Shown: positions 26,642-37,447, counted from the first letter of the whole stretch. The stretch: DNA of 63,918 nt, filler included, from an uncultured bacterium (GCA_964609495.1; 3 parts of 3 records of this genome joined end to end with filler, not necessarily neighbours in it), one strand, 5' to 3'. Numbers and translations: made by a program. Notes: generated by a model from the letters alone, not told the origin.

Positions 26642-29600
26642 ATGAGTTATGACTCGACAATACCCGAGGAATTTTGGGAATTTAAACGGAATCTGTATAA
26701 CTTTTTCGCGGAATCAGGGAGGAGAGCCCATATATTATGGCGCCTGGATGGAAGCTATGGAGGATTACAAGAGGTATCGAAGGAGATCGTAAATCCTCCG
26801 GGAGGAGGGAGCGAAGGAATCTGGGTTGAACCTCTTAAACTTATGGACTACCTTCATTTCCATCTCTGGACTGAGGAGAGCGGGCTTGTTCCAGTGGAAA
26901 GTTATCCTAAAGATTATATTAAGCGAGTCGGATATAGCGAGATATTGTATCAATTTTCCACCATCAGATATTTGGATATAGTAAAGAGAGTTTGGGTTCC
27001 GCTTGATTTAGAAGCGGTGGTAATTGAGGTAGAGCTAATAAATAAGATCGATGAGGATAAGGAGGTGAGGCTCTTCGCGGTGGGAAAATCTCGCCTCACT
27101 CTGGGATGGCCTCGTCGAGAATCGGGGATCGATAGCTGTCGATATGACGAATCTCAGAGAGGTGTTATCATCCACTCCACCGCTAGAGTGGAGTGGACCG
27201 TTATCTGGGGAAGTGATCTTGAGCCAGTAGCTTATCATCTAGGGGATTTCCAACCCTATATGATAGGAAAGGGAGGGTTAGAGGATAGAGGAACTATCGA
27301 TCCTGCCAAGGGAATATCTTGTCTCCAATATAACTTAAAGCTTCCTGCTAATGAGCATCAAAAGATATCCTTCTTCGTCACTGGTTCTGATGAAGGTGAG
27401 AAGAAAGCGAGGAAGATTTATTCTTATGCTTTGGGACACAAAGATGATTTATTCAAGGAGAAAGTCGATCACTATACTCGCATCTTTGAGGATACCACTC
27501 AAATAGAAACTCCTGACTTCGCCTTTGATAAGACCTTCCTCTGGGCTAAGATCGCCCAAGAGGATTTCAAACATTATGATCCCAACCTCGGCTTATGCTA
27601 CTTCGCGGGCTATCCCGCCTATAACTTCTACTTCGCTGGCGACAGTATGAGGGTTATTCAAGGCACAACTTGCTTTGGCGATTTCGAGGATATAAAGAGC
27701 ATCCTGCGGATGATCACCAGCTACCAGGCTACCACCAAGACTAGAGACCAGTTGCCAGGTGAGATCTGGCATGAGATGAGCACCACTGGCGATACTATCT
27801 CCCCCAATTTTGTCACCCTCGAATTTCCTCAACTCCTCAAGTATTTCTATGACTGGAGTGGCGATCGGGAATTTCTGAGGGAGATGTATCCCAAAGTTCA
27901 ATCAGCTATGGATTGGGCTTATCTCAATGATCTGGATGGCGACGGCTTACTTGAGAACTATCCTGAGGGCGAGATGGCGGATACTGCCTTTGAGGATACT
28001 AATATGGAGGGATCGCACTACGGAGTCAATCTGCATTGGTTCTACGCTCTTAGGACAAGTGCAGATATAGCCGAGGAGTTGGGAGATGAGAAGAGCGCTA
28101 CCAAGTGGAGAAAGACCGCCGATGCTCTTAAACCGAAGCTGAATACTATCTATTGGAATGAGGTGGAAAAGAAGTTTGAGGAGACCATTCGCCCCGAAGG
28201 GGTTCTCGACTCGAGTATAAGAGGGGTTAAAAACGCTGATCCAGAGGTGGTGGATGAGGGAAAGGCTGTTCTGAATTTGGAGATGATCGCCAGAGCGGAG
28301 GAGAGGTTAACCACCCTGGAGGGATTCCTAGCTACTAAGAGAAAGGAGAGCACCTTTGGCACTTGGCGAAGCTTTATGTCATACTACGTTATGGCTAGAG
28401 GAGGTCAAGCAGGAGAGCTAATCAAAAGCCATTTAGCCCAGACTGGTTTCAAGGCTCTAAAGGAGATAGCCAGGATTCCTTTTCATTGGGAAGTGCCCGG
28501 CTTCTTCCCCGAGGTTATGGGGATAGTTGATCCAGCCACCCAAATAGTTCGAGGATGCTTCCATCAAGCTTGGTCTCCCACCTATGGCTTCGTCTATCCC
28601 GTGATCGATGGGCTAGTGGGAATCAAGCCAGATGCCCCTCGTCATTCGATCACTATCGATCCTCATCTGCCTTCGGAGTGGCAATACTTTAAAATCAAGA
28701 AACTAAGGTTAGGTGAGCATTTGTTAGAGATCTCCTATGAAAAGAGGGATAATCATGCTGAAGTCTCGATATATAATGACTCTGAGGAAGATCTTCAAAC
28801 TATAGTGGGCTTTGCTTTTCCTCAATCCTTTCTATTATTCTCGGTTAAGGTTGGAGATAAGGTCTTAGCTCTTGATGACGAAGCGATATCGAGAAAGACA
28901 ACTCCCTATGATACTCACCTCTATGTTAAAGCGAATGTTTCGGCTGGGGATAAGACCATAGTGAGAATCGAGTATGCACCCGCTAACATATCCCTAAAAG
29001 GCGAACGTTTCCTAAAGCGAGTGTCAGCAGGGGAAAAGGTAGCTGTTCCTCTAACTGTTGAGAATCGATCTTTCGAGGCTCTAAGGGGGAAGCTAGCGAT
29101 AGCTCTTCCCGAAGGATGGAGGGGGATGATACTAGAGCAGGAAGTCGAGATTCCCCCAGGGGAAGAGAAAGATCGGACTTTCCTCTTCGAAGTTCCCTCC
29201 CTAGCTGAGGAATTATACTATACCTTGAAAGCGACCTTGACCGCTCCTAATGGTCTCTTGGTGGAGAAGTTGATTTATCTACCTGTCTATCAGGCTCTAG
29301 CCTTCGGCGTTGATGGTCGAAAAAAGGCTAAAGTTGGTAAGGAATATGTGTTGACAGTAAAGGCGAGTAATTTAAGCGAGAGCGATCTTCAAGCCAAAGC
29401 TGAGTTGACTCTGCCCGATAGATTCTCCTGCGCCTGCGAATGGGAAGTGGAGGCGGAGCGAACCTCTCAAGCTCTATTTAAAATAATCCCCTCCCAAGCA
29501 GGTGAATATAAATTCGTAATTCATACCCTTGATGAGAGGAATAAAGTTCCTGCCGATTTTGAACATATAGTGAAAGTGATCGGAGAAGATCGCCTCTTCC

Positions 29601-30220
29601 TTCTCTACTCAGGCTTCCTAGGCTGTCCGATAGAGAGCGGAGAGGAGTGGGAAGTTGTTAATATGCCTGCTAACTATGCTCTACGCAAGCCCTATATCCT
29701 AGAGCAGTTACTTCCCCACGCTGATCTATTCTTGACCAGTGATCAGCACGATGCAATATTCAGTCCCGAGCAGATAGATGAGATCATCGAATATGTAGAG
29801 AATGGAGGGAGATTGATTCTCTTCTGCTATTGGTCCTCGCCCTGGGGAAGAGGTTTTTGTGATACCTACGGGAATGTGGCTTCCAGCCGATTAGTCGATA
29901 TCCTACCTCTTAGAATGAAGAAGATCATCGGACAAGCCGAACGGATAATCATAAAACCAGAGGGAGAAGCTATATATAAAGATATAGCTTGGGATACTTG
30001 CCCCCCTTATGATTTCAACTTAGCGGAATTGAAAGATGCCACGAGGTTGTTAGCGGAGACGGAACGGGGAGAGCCGCTTATCGCTTGGTGGAGCTATGGT
30101 AAGGGGAGGGTGATGACTATCGCTATCGACTGCTTCGGTTATGGCAGTTATGGGAGCTTTATCTGGTGGAATGGACAGAGGAAATTAATCGAGGATAGCA
30201 TAAGGATGATAGCCAGTTGA
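26642..30220 (+). CDS. Large multidomain six-hairpin glycoside hydrolase (amylo-alpha-1,6-glucosidase/GDE-like) with Ig-like (NEW3) and C-terminal GATase1-like domains
   Basis: YFAGYP..FAGD, PGEIWHE, DLDGDGLLE, FPEV..GCFHQAWS; LPEGW NEW3-like motif; YVENGGRL..YGKGRV GATase-like end. Confidence 0.7.
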   Translation: MSYDSTIPEEFWEFKRNLYNFFAESGRRAHILWRLDGSYGGLQEVSKEIVNPPGGGSEGIWVEPLKLMDYLHFHLWTEESGLVPVESYPKDYIKRVGYSEILYQFSTIRYLDIVKRVWVPLDLEAVVIEVELINKIDEDKEVRLFAVGKSRLTLGWPRRESGIDSCRYDESQRGVIIHSTARVEWTVIWGSDLEPVAYHLGDFQPYMIGKGGLEDRGTIDPAKGISCLQYNLKLPANEHQKISFFVTGSDEGEKKARKIYSYALGHKDDLFKEKVDHYTRIFEDTTQIETPDFAFDKTFLWAKIAQEDFKHYDPNLGLCYFAGYPAYNFYFAGDSMRVIQGTTCFGDFEDIKSILRMITSYQATTKTRDQLPGEIWHEMSTTGDTISPNFVTLEFPQLLKYFYDWSGDREFLREMYPKVQSAMDWAYLNDLDGDGLLENYPEGEMADTAFEDTNMEGSHYGVNLHWFYALRTSADIAEELGDEKSATKWRKTADALKPKLNTIYWNEVEKKFEETIRPEGVLDSSIRGVKNADPEVVDEGKAVLNLEMIARAEERLTTLEGFLATKRKESTFGTWRSFMSYYVMARGGQAGELIKSHLAQTGFKALKEIARIPFHWEVPGFFPEVMGIVDPATQIVRGCFHQAWSPTYGFVYPVIDGLVGIKPDAPRHSITIDPHLPSEWQYFKIKKLRLGEHLLEISYEKRDNHAEVSIYNDSEEDLQTIVGFAFPQSFLLFSVKVGDKVLALDDEAISRKTTPYDTHLYVKANVSAGDKTIVRIEYAPANISLKGERFLKRVSAGEKVAVPLTVENRSFEALRGKLAIALPEGWRGMILEQEVEIPPGEEKDRTFLFEVPSLAEELYYTLKATLTAPNGLLVEKLIYLPVYQALAFGVDGRKKAKVGKEYVLTVKASNLSESDLQAKAELTLPDRFSCACEWEVEAERTSQALFKIIPSQAGEYKFVIHTLDERNKVPADFEHIVKVIGEDRLFLLYSGFLGCPIESGEEWEVVNMPANYALRKPYILEQLLPHADLFLTSDQHDAIFSPEQIDEIIEYVENGGRLILFCYWSSPWGRGFCDTYGNVASSRLVDILPLRMKKIIGQAERIIIKPEGEAIYKDIAWDTCPPYDFNLAELKDATRLLAETERGEPLIAWWSYGKGRVMTIAIDCFGYGSYGSFIWWNGQRKLIEDSIRMIAS

Positions 30221-30252
30221 GAAGAATGATGATTGGTAATTTGAATGGGGAA

Positions 30253-30277
30253 GGGGAAACCCGCGTTGGGTTTTCCC
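30253..30277 (+). terminator. GC-rich hairpin after the glycoside hydrolase
   Basis: GGGGAAACCC-GCGTT-GGGTTTTCCC; weak U tract. Confidence 0.4.
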
Positions 30278-30286
30278 TATTACTAA

Positions 30287-31603
30287 TTGAGGGAGAGATA
30301 TATCTTGAACACAAAAGCGAAAGCTGATAGATCATTGAAGAAGATAGTGAATATCCAGAAGGACAAGATGGCCAATATGTTCAGGGCTGTTAAAAGTAAC
30401 GCCAAGATCTTGATCTTAACTGAGCCCTTGTGGAGTATTCCTACTATTTGGTTTATGATTTATACCCCTTTGTATATGCTCGCCGTAGGTGTTACCAAGA
30501 TGCAGGTCGGTTGGATCAGTTCGCTTTTCATGTTAATGCAGATGATAGGCACTAGCTTGGGGGGATACCTCGCTGATAAATGGGGACGAAAAAAGACTGT
30601 CCTTATCTTTGATGCGATAGGTTGGCTTATTCCAATGATACTCTGGATAATGGCTAAAAATGTCTGGTACTTTGTGATCGCGGCGTCGATAAATGGATTT
30701 GTCTATATCGTGATTCCTTCCTGGAATTGCCTCTTCATTGAGGACATCGCTCCGAAGGATCGTCCCTCGCTCTTCGCGATATTACAGATAGTCTTCTATG
30801 GAGCCGGACTCTTTACTCCTCTAGGTGGACTTATGGTCAGGAAATTCGATATGATAATCGCGGGAAGGGCTATGTATGCGATCGGCTTCATATTTGCCTG
30901 CAGCGCCATTATCCTGCGATGGATATATCTCAAGGAGACCGAGGTTGAACGAGCAGTTCTCTCCGAGACTAGGGATAACTCTTGGCTAGAGGTGTTGAAG
31001 GATTATAAAAACTCTTTCTTGATCCTGATGAGATCGATCCCGATGCGAACCCTCTTTCTAATCCAGGCTCTTCTGCTATTCCGAGATACTATCTGGAACA
31101 CCTATTCCTCAATATACATAGCTGATAGTGCCGGACTAGGATTAGACAAGTCCCTGATCTCGCTTCTCCCTATGGTATCCTCAGTGGTGATGATAGTTAT
31201 GTTGCTCCTGATCGTCCCTCATCTAAAGGGAGATATACTCGATTTAAGAAGATATATTATATTAAGCACCTTTACGATGCTAGTATCCACCGTTGTATTC
31301 CTAATATCTCCTGCTAAAACGATCTACTTCATATTGCTCTCCAGGACGATCTGGGCTTTCGGATTCGCAATTTTTTATCCCAGTAGGGAGACATATTGGG
31401 CTAATGTTATAAGCAATAGAAACAGAGCTAAGACAATAGCGATCACCTCTACTTTGATCTTCCTATCATCTGTCCCTGCTGGTCCTATAAGTGGATATCT
31501 ATACTCCTTCTTACCTAAAGCTCCCTTCATCCTGATGGGAGTTCTGCAACTGGCTTGTATCTTGCTGATACTGGGAATGAAGGATAAAGGAGTTGCAACT
31601 TAA
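30287..31603 (+). CDS. MFS transporter (likely start 30368)
   Basis: GYLADKWGRKK motif A; about 12 TM helices. Confidence 0.9.
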   Translation: MRERYILNTKAKADRSLKKIVNIQKDKMANMFRAVKSNAKILILTEPLWSIPTIWFMIYTPLYMLAVGVTKMQVGWISSLFMLMQMIGTSLGGYLADKWGRKKTVLIFDAIGWLIPMILWIMAKNVWYFVIAASINGFVYIVIPSWNCLFIEDIAPKDRPSLFAILQIVFYGAGLFTPLGGLMVRKFDMIIAGRAMYAIGFIFACSAIILRWIYLKETEVERAVLSETRDNSWLEVLKDYKNSFLILMRSIPMRTLFLIQALLLFRDTIWNTYSSIYIADSAGLGLDKSLISLLPMVSSVVMIVMLLLIVPHLKGDILDLRRYIILSTFTMLVSTVVFLISPAKTIYFILLSRTIWAFGFAIFYPSRETYWANVISNRNRAKTIAITSTLIFLSSVPAGPISGYLYSFLPKAPFILMGVLQLACILLILGMKDKGVAT

Positions 31604-32511
31604 TTAGGTTCGCACTCCGCGAATATAACTTTCCGTTCCTTCTCAAATCCTAATTTCTCATAAATATGTATCGCTGGTGTATTATCCGCTACTACAAATA
31701 GACTAATTATTGGGATGTTGGAGGAGCTAAGATCATCAGCTACAGCCGCAGTGCAAGCGGTAGCAAAGCCCTTGCCTCGATAGGCAGGAGCAGTCAGGAC
31801 ATTACCTATCTGGGCTACAAAAGGATTGACGAAGTGGACCCCTGCGGCACTTATGATCTCCCTTTTCTGCCTAATGCAATAGTAAGGACCACACTCCAGC
31901 ATAACAGGATTCCAAGCATGAGCCTCGTTATCTCTATAGAAGCGATCTAGCTCCTCGATCTCTCCGCCTCGAACTCTCTCCACCGGATATTTATCCCACT
32001 CGAAGGATATATTCCTCCTTAATAGCATTTGATACTCGTAGTGCCTGCTCTTGATCTGGGCGATCTCTTCAAAAACGGAGAGCTTATCGGGAGATGATAT
32101 AGTAACAAAATTCCCATCTAAATTCTGAACTATAAAGTTTAGTAACTCTCGCTCCACCGCCTCCTCATCTCCAAGAACGATTACTGATGGGAGAGCGAAT
32201 CCCCTAAATATTACACAAATACCTACTAGGTGCTCATCCTTATCGAGCCTCACATAAATTTCGCTTAAATTAAGGAGAGGATCATACAAATCAGCTAGAG
32301 TTATCAGATTTATATTAGGTTTATCGCTAGCGTAATTCCGACAAGCGTCGATTAAATTAGAATCGCCTTCTACCCTTATTGTATTCATGATGGCTTCTCC
32401 CAACTGATAAGTCCATCTCAGAGAACTTCCGACAAAACTAAAGTCGTCAAGCGGAAGTTTGACAGCTTTATAATCGCAGACTATATATGTCCCATCCCTC
32501 TTTCTAATCAC
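31600..32511 (-). CDS. GNAT acetyltransferase (FR47-like C-terminal domain)
   Basis: IGNVLTAPAYRGKGFA, NTPAIHIYEKLGF. Confidence 0.85.
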   Translation of the reverse strand: MIRKRDGTYIVCDYKAVKLPLDDFSFVGSSLRWTYQLGEAIMNTIRVEGDSNLIDACRNYASDKPNINLITLADLYDPLLNLSEIYVRLDKDEHLVGICVIFRGFALPSVIVLGDEEAVERELLNFIVQNLDGNFVTISSPDKLSVFEEIAQIKSRHYEYQMLLRRNISFEWDKYPVERVRGGEIEELDRFYRDNEAHAWNPVMLECGPYYCIRQKREIISAAGVHFVNPFVAQIGNVLTAPAYRGKGFATACTAAVADDLSSSNIPIISLFVVADNTPAIHIYEKLGFEKERKVIFAECEPN

Positions 32512-34909
32512 CTTGCTCCTCTAATTTCAAATTGCTTATAGCTGTTTCTACATCTCTCTTCATCTTTAAGATATCTTTCCAGCCAAGGATAATCCTAGAG
32601 AATATCTTGTTCTCAGGGACAGGCAATTTCTCATATATCACTCTCTCTAGGGTTTCAAGAGAAGAGATGAGCAGAGATAACTCCGAGACTATATCATCCT
32701 GAGAATCACCTAAGATATCCCTAACTCCATTGGAGATAGGCTCTAACTCCCTTAGGATCTCCAACTCCTTCTCCTCCAGAATTTCCCCCAAGCTATAGAG
32801 CTCAGAAAGTTCTTCCCCAGCTTCCGCTATATCATTAATGGAGTTGAAAGATAGCAACTTATGAACTACATCATAGAAAAGTTGAATTTGCTCTCTCTTC
32901 GGCCAATCGGGCTTTTCCTCGAAGAATCTATAAGCAGATTTAAGATTTTCTCTTAAATCATCTCGAGAAGAGGAATCAGCTATATTCCGCCATAAGTTGA
33001 TAAGCTCTTTGATATCTTTGTTATTAGACATATCCACCGCTAGATGGAGTAGGGATAGACTGCCCTTCCTCCTTATGACATCTATCTCCTCAACTAAGGT
33101 TTCCACCGGTAAACGATCGAAGAGATGCCCAATGGAACTTATGGTCGCCAGCTTAGTGGGTGAGTTCTCCTCTCCTAGAGATTGAATTAGGAAAGAAATG
33201 CTTCCCCTACCCCCCACCTTTCCCAGAACGGAGATAGCAGTCCTTTGCACATCATAATCGGAATCGCTAACAAAAGTTTTAAAAGCATCTATCACCTTCT
33301 GCCCATCACCGATCTGACCAAGAATTATGAGTATCTCTCTTCTCAGCGTCCTATCAGGATCATCGGATAATTTTTCGATCAACTGTTCTACAACCTCAGC
33401 ACATTTATTCTCAACTAGAGAGTTTTCGATACCTCTGCGCATCTGGGGATCGGAGATCGAGATATGCTCTACTAGAGCTTTTATAGATTCCTTCGTCTTC
33501 ATCTTCCCCAGGGCATAGATCACCGCTTTTTTAAGTCTGAAGGGAGTCCTGGTATCGGAAAGGAGAGAAACTAAAATCGGAACTGTCTCCTCTCCCATAA
33601 CTTGAAGGGCGGTAAACACGGCATCCTGAACCCTCCAAGAAGAGCTTGTCAATCTATAGGCTAAAAGTCTAACTACTCTAGGAGTGCAAAGCTTTTTGAG
33701 AAATATTTCAGCATCCTTTCTTACTTCCTCCTCCCCAGCAGACTCATTATATTTAAGAACCAAGGGATTGATAACTCTGGTAATTAAATTGAAATCATAT
33801 CCACTTCTATCCAAAGAGGCTTCTACCTTAGCAGGTATGATTCTCTCAAGGAGTTTAGTTGCGATCTGTCTCATCTTCTCCTCTGGTGAGTCCAATCTCT
33901 CTATAAGCGATTTTACCAGATCCCTTATATCTAAATTCCTCAGGATAGCGGTCGCAGTCTTTCTAACTCCTTCATCTGGATCTAACAAGCTATCTAATAT
34001 GACATCCTTAGCTAGTCTGCTGTCGCTTCTTCCTAAGCCGAGAAGAGCAGCATTTCTCACCTCGGGATCATCATCCTCTAACTTTTTCAGCAGTAGTTTG
34101 ACGGCTTCATCTCCATCCAATTTGATGGATAACACGGCCGCTGAATAGCGAATTCGCTCATCCTCATCATCTAACTTCGAGAGCAGACCTTCTCTAGCTT
34201 TCTCTCCTCCTATCCTCCCTAGAGCCTCACAAGCGGCTTTTCTCACCTCCCATCTCTCATCATCCAAAGCCTTGAGCAAGGGTTCGATAACCTCTTCACC
34301 CCTTAAATCTCCGAGAGATTTGACAGCCGCTATTCTAATCCTCCAATCGGGATCCTCAAGAGCCTTCAATATCGGCTCTATCGCCTTCTTATCCCTGATT
34401 TTGCCTAAAGCTCTGATTATAGCTCTTCTAACCTTAGGATCAGGGTCGTCCAACTTATCCAAGAGAGACTGAACTGTCCTATACACCTTCAACCTACCCA
34501 GAGCCCTAGCGGCAGCTTCCCTTACCCTCTCATCCTCATCATTTAATAGAGAAATTAAGACTGTTGCTCCTTCCCTGTAACCAAGCAACCCTAAAGCATT
34601 GGCGATGGCTATCTTCATAATACCCTCTTGAGCTTTTAGGTTGTCAGCTAGAACTAGAGCCGATTCCCTATCCCTTATCCTCTCCAGCCCTCTCACCGCG
34701 GATAATCTAACTTTTAAGTTTGGGTCTTGCAGTTTTTCTTGTAAGTATCCGATCACAGAAGAACTTCTCAATTTAGAAATTTTATTTACAGCTTCTTCCC
34801 TAACTCTCCAATCCTCATTATTCAATTTCTCTTTAATCTCTTCAATTTCTATTTGAATCACTTCCCCTATGTTTATTTCCAGCCTATATAAGGAAACTTT
34901 TGCAGGCAA
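32504..34909 (-). CDS. HEAT-repeat protein (likely start GTG at 34861)
   Basis: Many L.D.D..VR..A..ALG repeats. Confidence 0.9.
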   Translation of the reverse strand: MPAKVSLYRLEINIGEVIQIEIEEIKEKLNNEDWRVREEAVNKISKLRSSSVIGYLQEKLQDPNLKVRLSAVRGLERIRDRESALVLADNLKAQEGIMKIAIANALGLLGYREGATVLISLLNDEDERVREAAARALGRLKVYRTVQSLLDKLDDPDPKVRRAIIRALGKIRDKKAIEPILKALEDPDWRIRIAAVKSLGDLRGEEVIEPLLKALDDERWEVRKAACEALGRIGGEKAREGLLSKLDDEDERIRYSAAVLSIKLDGDEAVKLLLKKLEDDDPEVRNAALLGLGRSDSRLAKDVILDSLLDPDEGVRKTATAILRNLDIRDLVKSLIERLDSPEEKMRQIATKLLERIIPAKVEASLDRSGYDFNLITRVINPLVLKYNESAGEEEVRKDAEIFLKKLCTPRVVRLLAYRLTSSSWRVQDAVFTALQVMGEETVPILVSLLSDTRTPFRLKKAVIYALGKMKTKESIKALVEHISISDPQMRRGIENSLVENKCAEVVEQLIEKLSDDPDRTLRREILIILGQIGDGQKVIDAFKTFVSDSDYDVQRTAISVLGKVGGRGSISFLIQSLGEENSPTKLATISSIGHLFDRLPVETLVEEIDVIRRKGSLSLLHLAVDMSNNKDIKELINLWRNIADSSSRDDLRENLKSAYRFFEEKPDWPKREQIQLFYDVVHKLLSFNSINDIAEAGEELSELYSLGEILEEKELEILRELEPISNGVRDILGDSQDDIVSELSLLISSLETLERVIYEKLPVPENKIFSRIILGWKDILKMKRDVETAISNLKLEEQGD

Positions 34910-34997
34910 CAGAACTCAAGGTAAAAAAGTTTCCTTTAGATAGAACCAACCAGTCAAATCACACCGACTATATCTTCTCTTACCTATCTGATTTTTC

Positions 34998-35663
34998 CTA
35001 CTTTTCCTCTTCTAAATTCACTACTTTAGTGATCACCTCCTTGGAGATCGCCCCTGCTCGCAAGATCTTCGGAGGTAGGGAGGTTAAATCGAGCAAAGTT
35101 GACGGTTTAACTCGGGGTAGCTCGCCCTGATCGAGAAAGAGGCTGATCTCTTGCGCCTTCTTGCCAAATTGAGCTGTGATACTCCTTAAACTATAAGGCT
35201 CCTCACCTCCGCTTAGATTAGCGCTGGTCGCCGTTAGGGGCAATTGCGCTTTAGCAGAGAGGCTTCTAGCTATGTAATTAGCAGGAATTCTCATTCCCAC
35301 CAGCGAACCTCCTCCTACCAAGAGGGAAGGGATTATATCTCTCTTCTTTAAAACTAGGGTCAGTGGTCCTGGCCAGAATTCTCGACTTAGAAGTTCTGCC
35401 TCCTCAGTCCAACAGGATATATCCTTAGCCATCTCAATATCTGCTATTATAACGTGGATGGGTTTTTTAAAGGGCCTCCCTTTTAACTCGAATACTTTTC
35501 TTATGGCTCTAACATCTAAAGCATTGGCGGAGAGCATATAACTAGTGTCAGTAGCCACCACGACTAATTTGCCAGCCCTGATCAATTCGGAGGCCTTATC
35601 GAGTATCTCCTCATTTGGATTAACAGGGTCTGTCTTTACTACTCTATCCCTTTCAAAACACAT
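34998..35663 (-). CDS. tsaC: L-threonylcarbamoyladenylate synthase (YrdC/Sua5 N-terminal domain)
   Basis: TDT.Y, KGRP..KP, FWPGPLT, ATSANLSG. Confidence 0.9.
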   Translation of the reverse strand: MCFERDRVVKTDPVNPNEEILDKASELIRAGKLVVVATDTSYMLSANALDVRAIRKVFELKGRPFKKPIHVIIADIEMAKDISCWTEEAELLSREFWPGPLTLVLKKRDIIPSLLVGGGSLVGMRIPANYIARSLSAKAQLPLTATSANLSGGEEPYSLRSITAQFGKKAQEISLFLDQGELPRVKPSTLLDLTSLPPKILRAGAISKEVITKVVNLEEEK

Positions 35664-36645
35664 TGGCTCGAGCCTCGAGATCCAATCCCGATACGATTCC
35701 CATCCTTAGTTTATGATACCCTAAACCAGCGATCATAGCCGCATTATCAGTGCATAATTCGAGGGGGGGATAAATCACCTTTATACCTACTGAGCTTCCC
35801 TCCTCGCTTAAATTTCTCCTTAAAGCGCTGTTAGCGGCGACCCCTCCTCCTAAAGTGATCGTCCTTACCTTCTTCTCCTGAGCCACTCTGATAGCCTTAA
35901 TCGTTAGCACCTCAATTATCGCCTGCTGGAAACTTGCTAATAGATCGACTTGGTCTATCTCCTCACCTCGTTTATCAGCTTTGCGAACGTAGTTTATAAC
36001 AGCGGTCTTTAATCCGCTGAAGCTGAAATCTTCCCTATCTAAGATCGGGCGGGGGAAAGCTATCGCCGATGGATCCCCATCCCTTGCTAACTCGTCGATT
36101 ATAGGTCCTCCAGGGAAGCCTAATCCTCGAAATTTAGCGATCTTATCGAAGGCTTCTCCTGCCGCATCATCTAAGGTAGATCCTAAGATCTGACAGTTGA
36201 GAGGGGATTCAACGGACGCAAGTAAAGTATGACCTCCGGATACTACTAGGCTTATATGAGGGGTTTCCAAATCTGGATTCCCGAGGAAGTTAGCATATAT
36301 ATGCGCCTTGATATGATTAATGCCGATAAGCGGTAGGTCACAGCAATAGGCGATAGATTTAGCTGCCGCAAGCCCAACTAATAACGCCCCTATCAATCCT
36401 GGTTCGTTAGTGACCGCAACTCCATCTATGTCAGCCAACTTGACTTGGGCGGTCTCTAAAGCCTCATCTATAATATAGTTGATAAGTTCGATATGCTTAC
36501 GGGAGGCTATCTCTGGAACTATGCCCCCATATTTGCTGTGTATGTCTATTTGCGAGGAGATAATATTTGATAATATCTCGCATCCGTCTCTAACAACCGC
36601 CGCACAAGTATCATCACAGGAGGTATCAATACCTAGGATAAGCAC
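35653..36645 (-). CDS. tsaD: tRNA threonylcarbamoyltransferase TsaD
   Basis: GIDTSCDDT, PEIASRKH, SGGHT, DDAAGEAFDK, CTDNAAMI. Confidence 0.97.
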   Translation of the reverse strand: MLILGIDTSCDDTCAAVVRDGCEILSNIISSQIDIHSKYGGIVPEIASRKHIELINYIIDEALETAQVKLADIDGVAVTNEPGLIGALLVGLAAAKSIAYCCDLPLIGINHIKAHIYANFLGNPDLETPHISLVVSGGHTLLASVESPLNCQILGSTLDDAAGEAFDKIAKFRGLGFPGGPIIDELARDGDPSAIAFPRPILDREDFSFSGLKTAVINYVRKADKRGEEIDQVDLLASFQQAIIEVLTIKAIRVAQEKKVRTITLGGGVAANSALRRNLSEEGSSVGIKVIYPPLELCTDNAAMIAGLGYHKLRMGIVSGLDLEARANVF

Positions 36646-36649
36646 TGTA

Positions 36650-37444
36650 TCAACTCTCTTCCTTCTTAATCTTTCGACGCTCTTCCCATTTTATCTCCGC
36701 CTCGGGGCGTCTGATATATAGAGGAATTAAGGAGAAATAGTCATGGCTTTCTCCTTGCTCAAATCTCTTCCCCCCCAAACCAGCCACTACCGTCCCTCGG
36801 GGATAACTCTTAGTAACATCAGCAAAGAGCGCTTTACCCTTAAGTTCCGCTGCTATAACCTCTCTATATCTGATAGCACCATCACCTAAGAAGATCGTAG
36901 GTTCGGGAGAACTCATCCTCTCTCCTTTAAGGGATAAATCTCCTCTTAGGAGAGGATTGTCCGAAGGATAGGGCGAGGTAACAAGATGAGATATAAGCTC
37001 CGCAGGCTTGAGAACCTCGTAATCACTCAATCTCTCAATATCTTCCCCTCGACTTCTATACAAAGCGGTATATACCTCCCCCTTCCTAGCGTCTATCAGA
37101 GGGCAGATCAATCCCTTGGCAAAGGGGATATTATGAGCTAGGATATCTAGGGTGGGTAAGCCAATTAACGGTTTCTTGAGAGCATAAGCTAGGCACTTGG
37201 CAGTAGTTACCCCAATACGCAATCCAGTCCAAGAGCCAGGTCCCCGAGTCACCGCTATTAGATCGATATCCCTTATCGCTATCTTCGCTCTTCCCAAGAT
37301 CTCATCTATGATTGGCATCAGTAATCTTGAGTGCGAGGAATGTTTCTCCTTTGTATTTAAGGTGAACTCAGCGATAAGAAGACCCCCATCTACTATTCCC
37401 ACGCAGACTGCTCTGGTAGAGGTGTCAAGTCCTAATATCTTCAT
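36650..37444 (-). CDS. tsaB: TsaB (YeaZ) with a ~25-aa internal insertion
   Basis: LGLDTS, GPGSWTGLRIG, IDARKGEVY, PLYIR.PEAE. Confidence 0.93.
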   Translation of the reverse strand: MKILGLDTSTRAVCVGIVDGGLLIAEFTLNTKEKHSSHSRLLMPIIDEILGRAKIAIRDIDLIAVTRGPGSWTGLRIGVTTAKCLAYALKKPLIGLPTLDILAHNIPFAKGLICPLIDARKGEVYTALYRSRGEDIERLSDYEVLKPAELISHLVTSPYPSDNPLLRGDLSLKGERMSSPEPTIFLGDGAIRYREVIAAELKGKALFADVTKSYPRGTVVAGLGGKRFEQGESHDYFSLIPLYIRRPEAEIKWEERRKIKKEES

Positions 37445-37447
37445 TTA

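Noticed and set aside
32997-34856. Many short antisense ORFs here and throughout the ORF track
   Set aside because: Shadows of well-supported genes on the opposite strand with no recognisable motifs
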